Assembly: GCF_029504745.1 (NCBI RefSeq)
Contig: NZ_JAQFIQ010000054.1
Location: 1-14,048 of the forward strand
Reading direction: 5' to 3'
DNA: 14,048 bases
DNA from: Breznakia sp. PF5-3
GTDB taxonomy: Bacteria; Bacillota_I; Bacilli_A; Erysipelotrichales; Erysipelotrichaceae
Shown: positions 6,223 through 14,048 of the stretch, piece by piece
How the letters are laid out: each line of letters opens with the position of its first letter
Position numbering within the stretch: the stretch's first letter is position 1
The notes under the pieces: model-generated
What the model was told of the DNA's origin: nothing
Databases searched by the model: none
Seen by the model: only the letters and a program-made list of their open reading frames with translations
Translations under genes and position numbers: made by a program

Positions 6223-7011
6223 ATGAAATACAAACTAATCATATTGTTTCTTATATTGTCTTTACTAGAATGTAGTTGTACCAAGCAAAACAAAAAGAAA
6301 GAAACCACTGAAAATATAACTTGTAGTGCAGAAGTTGTAAACCATGATATAACATTGGGTGGAGATAAAAACCCTAACATTACAGTAGAAAGTATCATAC
6401 ATGAGGAAACAATGGAGGATAATAAGAAAATAAGCATTCAATATCCAGAGATTACAGGGTTGAACCCATCTTTTTCGGATAATGTTAATGAGTTGATTAA
6501 AAATGAAGCACTGTCTGTGTATACAAAGAGTAATATATTGAACAATAATGATATGTCTTTTTTAGTGGAATATGAATGGTATGCAAATAAAGATGTTCTG
6601 AGTATTAAATTTAAAGCATTGTATTTTGTCAAAGGTACAGCACATCCCACAGATGTTATATCGACATTGAATGTAAATTTAAAGAATGGTAAAAAAATAA
6701 GATTTACAGATTTATATAAGGTAAATGAAGATATGGAAGCGTGCTTATATAATCAAAAAGATAGAGAAGACGTAGATGGGAAAGATACTTTTACTGAAAA
6801 GGATTTTAAGCCATATACGAAAGAAAAAGTATTAGAAGTTTTACAAGATATAGATACTACAAGTTATATTGGAAATACAGATATAACAATATACTCATAT
6901 TATGAAAAAAATCATCTTTTAATAATTACTGTACATGGAATAAGAGGAGCAGGTGACTATAATCAAATGATTGTTCCATATGAGGATATAGAAAAGTTGA
7001 GATTGAATTAA
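6223..7011 (+). CDS. Putative lipoprotein with a DUF4163/DUF3298-type (RsiV/PdaC C-terminal-like) domain
   Basis: AAGGAGGT at 6208-6215 precedes the ATG at 6223. The signal peptide is MKYKLIILFLILSLLECSC. The motifs IQYPEITGL...N..I and KGTAHP are typical of this family. The ORF-track start at 6139 is an unsupported 5' extension. Confidence 0.7.
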   Translation: MKYKLIILFLILSLLECSCTKQNKKKETTENITCSAEVVNHDITLGGDKNPNITVESIIHEETMEDNKKISIQYPEITGLNPSFSDNVNELIKNEALSVYTKSNILNNNDMSFLVEYEWYANKDVLSIKFKALYFVKGTAHPTDVISTLNVNLKNGKKIRFTDLYKVNEDMEACLYNQKDREDVDGKDTFTEKDFKPYTKEKVLEVLQDIDTTSYIGNTDITIYSYYEKNHLLIITVHGIRGAGDYNQMIVPYEDIEKLRLN

Positions 7012-7045
7012 ATCCTTTAAGTATCTTCTCAAGATGATAAAAAAT

Positions 7046-7087
7046 ACCTCCGTTAATTGAATAGTCAATTAGCGGAGGTTTGTTTTT
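7046..7087. terminator. Bidirectional terminator between convergent genes
   Basis: ACCTCCGTTAATTGA (7046-7060), loop ATAG, then TCAATTAGCGGAGGT (7065-7079) give a 15-bp stem with one G-U pair. TTGTTTTT follows on the + strand and TATTTTTTATC on the - strand. The right arm overlaps the last codons and the stop of the minus-strand gene. Confidence 0.6.
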
Positions 7088-7608
7088 ATATAGGCAACAG
7101 TTTCATCTAATCCATGTTCGCTGAGATAGGTTAGTAAATGCATGATGAGTTTATCAGTATTTGGATGAATCATAATATGGTCACGTCCATTTAAATAATA
7201 ATTTAGTGCACTGTCATCGTGATAGTTTTCTTTTTGATAAATCTGTGAAGCTACAACACGATCACAAAACATTTCAATCACATAACGAGTTGGCATTTCA
7301 ATAGGTTTAATCCCATCTCTTGCATTATCTAGCCAATATTCCCAATGATGTTTATTTCTTCCTTTATGGTGAAGCCATCCTTCTGAATATCCAAGCACTT
7401 CTTTCTCACGATCGATAGGACTGCGGTTTCCTTGATAGAATTTAACGCCTGCTTTAAATTCGATAAGAGAATATTTAGATAAGTCATGTAATAATCCTTG
7501 TTTATATAAACCACAACGAAAACAGAGTTTTGTAACTCTGTATTTATGACGGTTAATTGTTGATAAATGTCCTAAGAAATCACCCATGAATTCCTGCCTT
7601 TCAAACAT
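7069..7608 (-). CDS. DUF5662-type protein (family often auto-annotated as 'catalase'), function unknown
   Basis: The His-rich motifs GHL..I.RHK, GLLHDLSKYS, FYQGNRSP and WLHHKGRNKHHWEYW match my recollection of the DUF5662 family. The alternative start M8 at 7587 has the better RBS (AAAGGCAGGA) and a more typical N-terminus (MGDFLGHL). Confidence 0.65.
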   Translation of the reverse strand: MFERQEFMGDFLGHLSTINRHKYRVTKLCFRCGLYKQGLLHDLSKYSLIEFKAGVKFYQGNRSPIDREKEVLGYSEGWLHHKGRNKHHWEYWLDNARDGIKPIEMPTRYVIEMFCDRVVASQIYQKENYHDDSALNYYLNGRDHIMIHPNTDKLIMHLLTYLSEHGLDETVAYIKTNLR

Positions 7609-7610
7609 TG

Positions 7611-7665
7611 CTATTTTACCACTATTCTTTTAAATAATAAAGGGTATCAAAATAGAAAAGAATAG
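7611..7665. promoter_or_regulatory. Four copies of CTATT(C)TTT in a two-direct, two-inverted arrangement in the divergent promoter region
   Basis: The copies are CTATTTT at 7611-7617, CTATTCTTTT at 7622-7631, AAAATAG at 7649-7655 and AAAAGAATAG at 7656-7665. The last is the exact reverse complement of the 10-mer. A -10-like TATAGAAT follows at 7666-7673. Confidence 0.3.
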
Positions 7666-7697
7666 TATAGAATGAGAGTATATACATGGAGGTAGAT

Positions 7698-8624
7698 ATG
7701 AAATATTTACAGTTAGCAGAAGATTTAAAAGTGTCACAGTTGGCATTTGGATGTATGCGGATTTCTGAAATGGAAGTTGATGAATTAGCAGAGTTAATCA
7801 AAGTAGCTTTGGATGAAGGAATTAATTTTTTTGACCACGCAGATATTTATGGTGGTGGAAAAAGTGAAGAACTATTTGGTGAAGTATTAAAAAAGCATCC
7901 TGAATATCGTGAAAAGATGATTATTCAGACAAAGTGTGCAATTCGCCGTGGAAAAGTAGGTTACTTTGATTTTAGTAAAGAACATATCATTAATTCGGTT
8001 AATCAAAGTCTTAAACGTTTACAAACAGATCATATTGAAATTTTATTATTGCATCGTCCTGATACATTAATGGATCCAAAAGAAGTAGCAGATGCATTTC
8101 AAGAATTGTATGATAGCGGAAAAGTAAAATATTTTGGTGTTTCTAATATGAATTCTATGCAAATGGAATTGTTACAGAGTGAAGTGAAGCAAAAACTATT
8201 ATTTAATCAATTGCAGTTTAGTCCTATTCATGCAGGAATGGTAACAAATGGGTTGTTCGTAAATATGAAAGAAGAACAAGCGATTGATCATGATGGATCT
8301 ATTTTAGAATATTGTCGTTTAAAGAAAGTGACTATTCAACCATGGTCGATTATGCAAGCATCATGGGAGGAAGGAACATATCTAGATAATCCAGATTATC
8401 AGGAATTTAATGATTGTTTACAAGCTTATGCAGATGCGTATAAGGTTAGCAAGACAGCAATTGTTATTGCTTGGATATTAAGACACCCTGCCAATATGCA
8501 ACCTATTTTTGGTACTACAAAAGCGAAACATATACAAGAGATGTGTGCAGGTTGTGATATTGAATTGTCTAGAGAAGATTGGTACGAAATATATATCAAA
8601 GCAATTGGTAGAATTTTACCGTAA
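7698..8624 (+). CDS. Aldo/keto reductase family oxidoreductase (YdhF-like)
   Basis: The start region MKYLQLAEDLKVSQLAFGCMRI...GINFFDHADIYGGGKSEELFGE..., plus LLLHRPD and KYFGVSN, are AKR hallmarks. GGAGGT at 7689-7694 sits upstream of the ATG at 7698, whereas the ORF-track ATG at 7686 overlaps the RBS itself. Confidence 0.88.
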   Translation: MKYLQLAEDLKVSQLAFGCMRISEMEVDELAELIKVALDEGINFFDHADIYGGGKSEELFGEVLKKHPEYREKMIIQTKCAIRRGKVGYFDFSKEHIINSVNQSLKRLQTDHIEILLLHRPDTLMDPKEVADAFQELYDSGKVKYFGVSNMNSMQMELLQSEVKQKLLFNQLQFSPIHAGMVTNGLFVNMKEEQAIDHDGSILEYCRLKKVTIQPWSIMQASWEEGTYLDNPDYQEFNDCLQAYADAYKVSKTAIVIAWILRHPANMQPIFGTTKAKHIQEMCAGCDIELSREDWYEIYIKAIGRILP

Positions 8625-8630
8625 GCGATG

Positions 8631-8666
8631 AAAGATGTATAAGTATACTTATGCATCTTTTTTATT
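8631..8666 (+). terminator. Rho-independent terminator of the AKR gene
   Basis: AAAGATGTATAAGTA (8631-8645) pairs with TACTTATGCATCTTT (8646-8660) with one mismatch, followed by TTTATT. Confidence 0.65.
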
Positions 8667-8701
8667 GATTAATTTTCTATTTTTGAAACTTTTTTTCTAA
8701 T

Positions 8702-8730
8702 TTGTTCGTTATATTAATGTAGGATATAAT
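8702..8730 (+). promoter_or_regulatory. Candidate promoter of the ABC operon (TTGTTC, 17 nt spacer, TATAAT)
   Basis: TTGTTC is at 8702-8707 and TATAAT at 8725-8730 with a 17-nt spacer. The RBS GAGAGGAA precedes the ATG at 8752. Confidence 0.3.
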
Positions 8731-8751
8731 GGTTAGTAGATAGAGAGGAAT

Positions 8752-9618
8752 ATGAAGATGATTAAAATTGAAAATTTAATAGTAAAATATAAAAATTTAA
8801 TTGCATTAGATGTAAGAGACCTTCAATTTGAAGAAGGTGTTGCATATGGTGTAGTTGGGGAGAACGGAGCAGGAAAAACAACGTTATTTAAAAGTATAAG
8901 TAATATTATCACAAATTATGAGGGTAATATTTATATGGATGATAAACTGGTTAAGAAAAATAATTCTGTACTAAAAAATGTAGGTTTAGTATTAGATGGT
9001 ATGTCTGTATATAAAGATCGTAGTGGATGGTTTAATATTCGTTATTTTGGAAAATTGAGAGAATGTTTGGATGAATCTTATGCAAAGGAACTTGCGCAAG
9101 ACTTGGATATTTATGCGGTATTGGATAGACCTGTAAAAACATATTCGTATGGAATGCAGAAGAAATTGATATTATTGATTGCAATATTAAATAAACCAAA
9201 GTATTTAATATTGGATGAACCGTTTAGAGGTCTTGATTTTGAAACGGTAAAATGGTTTAAAAACTATTTATTGAAATTAAAAGATGAAGGTACAACCTTG
9301 TTGATATCAAGTCATGTGAGAAATGATCTAGAATCATTATGTCAAAAAGTGCATATTTTAAGTCATGGGAAAATAATTGATTTCTTAGATTTAGAAGAAG
9401 AAAGTAAGACGTTAATTCGATTGATTGATACAACTAATAATGTACGTTTTATAGAAATCATGAAAGCATGTGAGTTTAATTTTGAAGTACGTGATAGCAA
9501 AATAAGAGCAAGTATTGAACAAGCTTCTTGGGCGAAGGTACAAGAACAAGCAAGTGTTGAGAATATTACGATTATTGAGATGTCAAAGACGAGTAGTTTA
9601 GATGGGAGAATGAATTAG
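8752..9618 (+). CDS. ABC transporter ATP-binding protein
   Basis: It has Walker A GENGAGKTT, signature-like YSYGMQKKL, Walker B YLILDEPFRGLD and H-loop SSHV. A non-catalytic C-terminal extension of roughly 80 aa follows. Confidence 0.9.
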   Translation: MKMIKIENLIVKYKNLIALDVRDLQFEEGVAYGVVGENGAGKTTLFKSISNIITNYEGNIYMDDKLVKKNNSVLKNVGLVLDGMSVYKDRSGWFNIRYFGKLRECLDESYAKELAQDLDIYAVLDRPVKTYSYGMQKKLILLIAILNKPKYLILDEPFRGLDFETVKWFKNYLLKLKDEGTTLLISSHVRNDLESLCQKVHILSHGKIIDFLDLEEESKTLIRLIDTTNNVRFIEIMKACEFNFEVRDSKIRASIEQASWAKVQEQASVENITIIEMSKTSSLDGRMN

Positions 9619-9619
9619 T

Positions 9620-10381
9620 ATGAATGCTATGATAATATTTAAAATGGAGTTTTATAAATTCTTCAATGATAAAAAGTATATGATTATTGCAATGGTTTTG
9701 GGGTTTTCAAATTTAATTTTTACGCTGCAACTCTATAATGGATTAACCAATCTTTATAATAATCATTATTACAGTGGGTCAGGGTTTGGAGGAATATCCA
9801 CGCTTACGTTTTTTATCTCTTTCATATTTCTTCTTGTTTATCCTTTCCATGCATTATCAATTGATTATAAGAATAATGTAATGGCGTTAATGATTGCTTC
9901 AGGAGTGAATCGTACAAAGTTATATTTTGCGAAAATAGGGGCAACGATGATTGCTTCGTTTCTATTGATGTTGATAATTATAGTTATCCCAGTATTTGTG
10001 GCATCATTATTTTATGGTGAAGTGAGTAGAATAGGTTCCATGCTTGATAGACTTATTAGTATAGACTATTGGCTGGGAGATGTAGATGGTATATCACCAT
10101 TCCTTCATTTACTTTCATCTATTATTTCTTATGCTTCGGTAATAGTGATAATTTATACAGCAACGATATTTACAAAAGGAACATCAAAAACAGTTTTAAT
10201 TTTCTTAGGATTAATAATTGTGGCAAATATTATTATGTCAACATTTTTGACACCGATACTACAATTAGATGCATATTATGATCCCACACTAGCATTTATG
10301 TGTGACTTAGTAGGTAATATTTTTAAAATCGTCGTATTTGGATTTTTATCATTACGACAACTAAATATACAAAGCTTATAA
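9620..10381 (+). CDS. ABC-2-type transporter permease (about six TM segments), substrate unknown
   Basis: The start lies 1 nt after the ATPase stop, with GGGAGAA as RBS. The protein is hydrophobic along its whole length, with an N-terminus typical of ABC-2 permeases (MIIFKMEFYKFFNDKKYMIIA). Confidence 0.7.
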   Translation: MNAMIIFKMEFYKFFNDKKYMIIAMVLGFSNLIFTLQLYNGLTNLYNNHYYSGSGFGGISTLTFFISFIFLLVYPFHALSIDYKNNVMALMIASGVNRTKLYFAKIGATMIASFLLMLIIIVIPVFVASLFYGEVSRIGSMLDRLISIDYWLGDVDGISPFLHLLSSIISYASVIVIIYTATIFTKGTSKTVLIFLGLIIVANIIMSTFLTPILQLDAYYDPTLAFMCDLVGNIFKIVVFGFLSLRQLNIQSL

Positions 10382-10386
10382 AAAAT

Positions 10387-10418
10387 GTTCACATCATATT
10401 ATGATGTGAACGTTTTTT
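10387..10418. terminator. Bidirectional terminator between convergent genes
   Basis: GTTCACATCAT (10387-10397) and ATGATGTGAAC (10401-10411) form a perfect 11-bp stem. GTTTTTT follows on the + strand and ATTTTT on the - strand. The T run overlaps the stop of the minus-strand gene. Confidence 0.7.
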
Positions 10419-11781
10419 ATTTGTTTGCTATTTGGCGTGCAACATAAATTCCACTTGCACTCGCATGTGATAAGGAGTGGGTTACACCACTACAGTCACC
10501 AATTACATATAAACCTGGGTGTTTTGTTTCTAAATTGTTATCAACATCGACTTGTAAGTTGTAGAACTTCACTTCTACACCATAAAGTAGTGTGTCATCA
10601 CTTGCTGTTCCAGGTGCAATTTTATCTAAAGCATAGAGCATTTCAATAATATCATCCATTTGTCGCTTAGGAATTACTAGACTCAAGTCTCCTGGGGTAG
10701 CTTGTAAACTCGGTGTTACAAAGCCATTTTCAATTCTTGAAGGGGTACTTCTTTGTCCGCGTATCAAATCACCAAAACGTTGTACTAACACGCCACCACC
10801 AAGCATATTGGAAAGTTTCGCAATGCTTTCACCATACTCGTTACTATCTTTAAATGGATCAGAGAAGTGATTAGATACCAATAAAGCAAAGTTTGTATTT
10901 TCACTGAATTTGCTTTCATCTTCATAACTGTGTCCATTTACTGTGATAATACCATTGGTGTTTTCGTTTACCACGATTCCTTTGGGATTCATGCAGAAGG
11001 TACGAACCTTGTCTTGAAATTTTTTGGTACGATAAACAATTTTACTTTCATATACTTCATCTGTAATGGTTTCAAAAATAGCGGCAGGCAACTCAATTCT
11101 CACGCCAATATCAACACGATTTGATTTAGTTTCAATAGCAAGATTATTACAAATTTCTTGCATCCACTTTGAACCACTACGGCCAGTAGAGATAATTACT
11201 TGGTTGGCTTTATAAAGCTCATCTTTCACATATACTTCATAAGGTGTATTGGCAAGAATTTTATCTACATGTTTGTGAAATTTGAATTCAACTTTATTTT
11301 TTAATTCTTCATATAAATTTTCTAAGATTATATAGTTTAAATCTGTACCTAAGTGACGTACGGATGCATCTAGCAAATGCAAATCATTTTCTAGGCATTT
11401 CTTTTTTAAAGAAGAATTGGCAGTAGAGAACTTTCGGGCATTACTACCACCATATTTCATGTTGATGTCATCTACATAGTTCATCAATTCTAAGGCTTCT
11501 TTTTTTCCTACATATTCGTGTAAGTTTCCACCAAACTCATTTGTGATATTATACTTTCCATCAGAAAATGCTCCAGCACCACCAAAACCTTTCATAATGG
11601 CACAAGGTTTACATTTGATACAGGTTTTGATTTTCTTTCCATCAATTGGACATTTTCTTTGGGCAAGAGGGTTTCCGCTTTCTAAAACTAAGATTTTCAA
11701 ATCTTTGTTTTCTTTGATAAGTTCATAAGCAGAGAATATACCTCCAGGTCCAGCGCCCACAATAATTACATCATATTGCAT
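10417..11781 (-). CDS. FAD-dependent oxidoreductase of the COG2509 type (uncharacterised FAD-dependent dehydrogenase)
   Basis: The start MQYDVIIVGAGPGG is the dinucleotide-binding GxGxxG motif, and the C-terminal GLYVIGDCSG...ASASG matches the family. The RBS GGATGGTGA precedes the ATG at 11781, and the 16 extra codons in the ORF track are unsupported. Confidence 0.85.
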   Translation of the reverse strand: MQYDVIIVGAGPGGIFSAYELIKENKDLKILVLESGNPLAQRKCPIDGKKIKTCIKCKPCAIMKGFGGAGAFSDGKYNITNEFGGNLHEYVGKKEALELMNYVDDINMKYGGSNARKFSTANSSLKKKCLENDLHLLDASVRHLGTDLNYIILENLYEELKNKVEFKFHKHVDKILANTPYEVYVKDELYKANQVIISTGRSGSKWMQEICNNLAIETKSNRVDIGVRIELPAAIFETITDEVYESKIVYRTKKFQDKVRTFCMNPKGIVVNENTNGIITVNGHSYEDESKFSENTNFALLVSNHFSDPFKDSNEYGESIAKLSNMLGGGVLVQRFGDLIRGQRSTPSRIENGFVTPSLQATPGDLSLVIPKRQMDDIIEMLYALDKIAPGTASDDTLLYGVEVKFYNLQVDVDNNLETKHPGLYVIGDCSGVTHSLSHASASGIYVARQIANK

Positions 11782-11852
11782 CTTTATCACCATCCTATTA
11801 AAGTATATGTATTTTAGAGAAAAAGGCAAGTATTATTTCTTATTAATTTCTA

Positions 11853-11861
11853 TGGTATAAT
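11853..11861 (+). promoter_or_regulatory. Extended -10 element (TGgTATAAT) upstream of mnmE
   Basis: TGGTATAAT at 11853-11861 lies about 30 nt upstream of the ATG at 11891. The RBS is TGGAGAA at 11879-11885. Confidence 0.4.
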
Positions 11862-11890
11862 AGTAAAAATAATACATTGGAGAATAGCAT

Positions 11891-13219
11891 ATGATAAATG
11901 ACAGCATTGTTGCAATATCAACGGCATTAAATCAGGGGGCAATTAGCATTGTTCGCTTAAGTGGTGAAGATGCTTTAGAGATTGCTAATAAGATTCTAAC
12001 AATTGATATTATGAAGATGAAATCTCACACGATTCAATATGGATTTGTTGTGCAAGCACAAACCAAAGAAAAAATTGATGAAGTTATGGTGAGTGTTTTT
12101 TTAGCGCCTACATCATTTACTGGAGAAAATATGGTAGAGATTAATTGCCATGGTGGTACATATATTACTAAGGAAGTGTTGCGCCTTTGTTTGGAAAGTG
12201 GAGCGCGGTTAGCAAATCGTGGAGAATTTTCACAACGAGCTTTTTTAAATGGTAAAATTGATTTGACAGAGGCTGAGGCAATCAATGATATGGTTTTAGC
12301 ACAAGATAAGAATAATGCTAGAATGGCAATTCAAGCAATTCAAGGAAGTGTTCGCAAATTGATGGATCCACTAATTGAGAAGCTTTTAGATATCATTGCC
12401 AACATCGAGGTGAATATTGATTATCCTGAATATGATGATGTGGAAATGTTGAGCAATGAAACTGTATTGCCAAAGTGTAGATTGCTCATAGCAGATATGG
12501 ATGAGATTTTAAAAAAAGCCCAAAATGGAAAAGTAATCAAAGAGGGAATCAAAACAGCAATTGTAGGGAAACCTAATGTTGGTAAATCAAGTCTTTTAAA
12601 TGCGCTTTTAGAAGAGGATAAAGCAATTGTATCAGACATTGAAGGAACGACTCGTGATATGGTTGAAGGAAGTATTCGTTTGGATAATATTACATTGCAT
12701 TTGGTGGATACAGCAGGGATTCATCAAAGTGAAGATGATTTAGAGAAAATAGGAATTGAAAAGAGTAAAAAAATGATTGCTGAAGCAGAGCTTGTAATTG
12801 TTTTATTGGATGGTAGTAAAGAGCAGGATGAAAAAGATAATCAATTGCTTAGCTTGACTGAAGAAAAGGATCGAATAATTGTTTATAATAAAAAAGATAT
12901 AAGTAAACACGATGGCATTAATATCAGTGCAAAAGATGGAGAAATTGATATGCTCATGGATACTTTAAATAAAAAATATGAACAGTATCATGAAGCCTAT
13001 CAAACGCCAATGCTTCAAAATGAGAGGCAGTTGGCACTTATGCAGCAAGCAAAACAAGCGTTACATAGAGCAATGGAAGCTCTTGAAAAAGAGATGGAAT
13101 TAGATCTTGTTACTATTGATTTGCAAGAAGCATATTACGCACTAAAAGATATTATTGGTGAAGTTAGTAAAGATGATCTTTTGGATACTTTATTTTCAAA
13201 ATTTTGCTTAGGTAAGTAG
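11891..13219 (+). CDS. mnmE: tRNA modification GTPase MnmE (TrmE/ThdF)
   Basis: The N-terminus IVAISTA...GAISIVRLSG, the G-domain motifs GKPNVGKSSLLNAL and DTAG, and the diagnostic C-terminal FCLGK tail are all present. Confidence 0.95.
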   Translation: MINDSIVAISTALNQGAISIVRLSGEDALEIANKILTIDIMKMKSHTIQYGFVVQAQTKEKIDEVMVSVFLAPTSFTGENMVEINCHGGTYITKEVLRLCLESGARLANRGEFSQRAFLNGKIDLTEAEAINDMVLAQDKNNARMAIQAIQGSVRKLMDPLIEKLLDIIANIEVNIDYPEYDDVEMLSNETVLPKCRLLIADMDEILKKAQNGKVIKEGIKTAIVGKPNVGKSSLLNALLEEDKAIVSDIEGTTRDMVEGSIRLDNITLHLVDTAGIHQSEDDLEKIGIEKSKKMIAEAELVIVLLDGSKEQDEKDNQLLSLTEEKDRIIVYNKKDISKHDGINISAKDGEIDMLMDTLNKKYEQYHEAYQTPMLQNERQLALMQQAKQALHRAMEALEKEMELDLVTIDLQEAYYALKDIIGEVSKDDLLDTLFSKFCLGK

Positions 13220-13230
13220 GAGAGTAAAAA

Positions 13231-13998
13231 ATGAACTATAAATTAATAGATACACATGCACATTTAACATTTGATCGTTTATATTCAAGGATTGACCAAA
13301 TTATTGCAGATGCGAAAGCAGCAGGATTTAATAAAATTTTGGTTATATGTACAAACCTTGAAGAGTTTTATCGTGCAAAAGAATATCAGAAAAAAGAATC
13401 TATGATTGATATAGCTTTGGGGTTTCATCCTGGAGATTTAGAGGATATTAAGCCATCAGATTTAAAAGAATTAGAACAAATTATAAGCAACAAAGAAATT
13501 ATTGCAATTGGTGAGATAGGATTAGATTATCATTATGATCATACGATTGCAGATGCACAAAAAGAATTGTTTATTAAGCAAATTGATTTGGCAAATCGTT
13601 ATGGATATCCCATTTTAATTCATATGCGTGATGCAACAAAAGATACCCTTGATATACTTAAGGAGCATTGTAAAACAAAGTTTTTGATGCATTGTTATAG
13701 TGGTAGTGCTGAAACGGCAAAAATAGTAATTAAAATGGGCGGGTATATTTCATTTGCAGGACCACTTACGTTTAAAAATGCACGTGGATTATTAGATGTT
13801 CCTGCGGTTGTACCAATGGATCGAATGTTTGTTGAAAGTGATTCACCATTTTTAACCCCGCATCCTTTTCGGGGGAAAGAGAATGAACCTAAATATGTAA
13901 CTTATACATTCGATAAAGTGGCAGAACTTTTAAATGTTGATAAAAAAGTATTAGCGGACCAAATGCAAAAAAATTATAAAACTTTTTTTACTTTATGA
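13231..13998 (+). CDS. tatD: TatD-family metal-dependent hydrolase/DNase (YabD-like)
   Basis: The motifs LIDTHAHL, GEIGLDYHY, ILIHMRDA and the C-terminal FVESDSPFLTP are present. The RBS is TAGGAGAG. Confidence 0.9.
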   Translation: MNYKLIDTHAHLTFDRLYSRIDQIIADAKAAGFNKILVICTNLEEFYRAKEYQKKESMIDIALGFHPGDLEDIKPSDLKELEQIISNKEIIAIGEIGLDYHYDHTIADAQKELFIKQIDLANRYGYPILIHMRDATKDTLDILKEHCKTKFLMHCYSGSAETAKIVIKMGGYISFAGPLTFKNARGLLDVPAVVPMDRMFVESDSPFLTPHPFRGKENEPKYVTYTFDKVAELLNVDKKVLADQMQKNYKTFFTL

Positions 13999-14048
13999 TT
14001 CCTACTTTGAAATGCGAAAGATATTCAAAATAGAAATTATATATTTGT

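Noticed and set aside
1542-11829. ORF-track N-terminal extensions: rsmG GTG 1542, soj ATG 3035, spo0J ATG 3795, small ORF GTG 5825, lipoprotein ATG 6139, AKR ATG 7686 and the FAD protein start at 11829.
   Set aside because: In each case an internal ATG gives the canonical family N-terminus and has a Shine-Dalgarno at 5-11 nt. The extended starts overlap the RBS itself or have none.
1-14048. A search for mobile-element hallmarks, CRISPR repeats, tRNA or rRNA genes, and defence or toxin-antitoxin gene pairs.
   Set aside because: I found no transposase, integrase or recombinase ORF and no terminal inverted or long direct repeats. There is no regularly spaced repeat array and no GC-rich structured RNA island. 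No small adjacent gene pair has a toxin-antitoxin architecture. Long-range repeat detection by eye is limited, so a dot-plot would be the decisive check.

Overview
A 14 kb chromosomal window from a low-GC (about 30% by eye) Bacillota-type genome using the standard code (TGA ends rsmG and parA; Trp is TGG). Two conserved origin-proximal housekeeping blocks lie on the + strand: rsmG-noc-soj(parA)-spo0J(parB) at 1.5-4.7 kb and mnmE-tatD at 11.9-14.0 kb. About 7 kb of poorly characterised genes separates them: a membrane/TPR-like gene broken by an in-frame TAA, a decayed stretch with a small helical ORF, a DUF4163/DUF3298-type lipoprotein, a DUF5662-type protein, a YdhF-like aldo/keto reductase, an ABC ATPase plus ABC-2-like permease pair, and a COG2509-type FAD protein. 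The window opens with an orphan LytTR regulator whose receiver domain lacks the phospho-acceptor Asp, followed by a 0.6 kb ORF-free purine-rich spacer bounded by strong hairpins. I found no rRNA, tRNA, CRISPR array, transposase, integrase or recognisable defence or toxin module. I cannot support a complete novel multi-gene system from sequence alone. The best leads are the interrupted parAB-linked membrane/TPR gene, the ORF-free candidate transcription unit upstream of rsmG, the pseudo-receiver LytTR protein, the N-terminally short Noc paralog, and the rearranged mnmE/rsmG synteny without mnmG. Several ORF-track starts are moved to internal ATGs with better RBS spacing.
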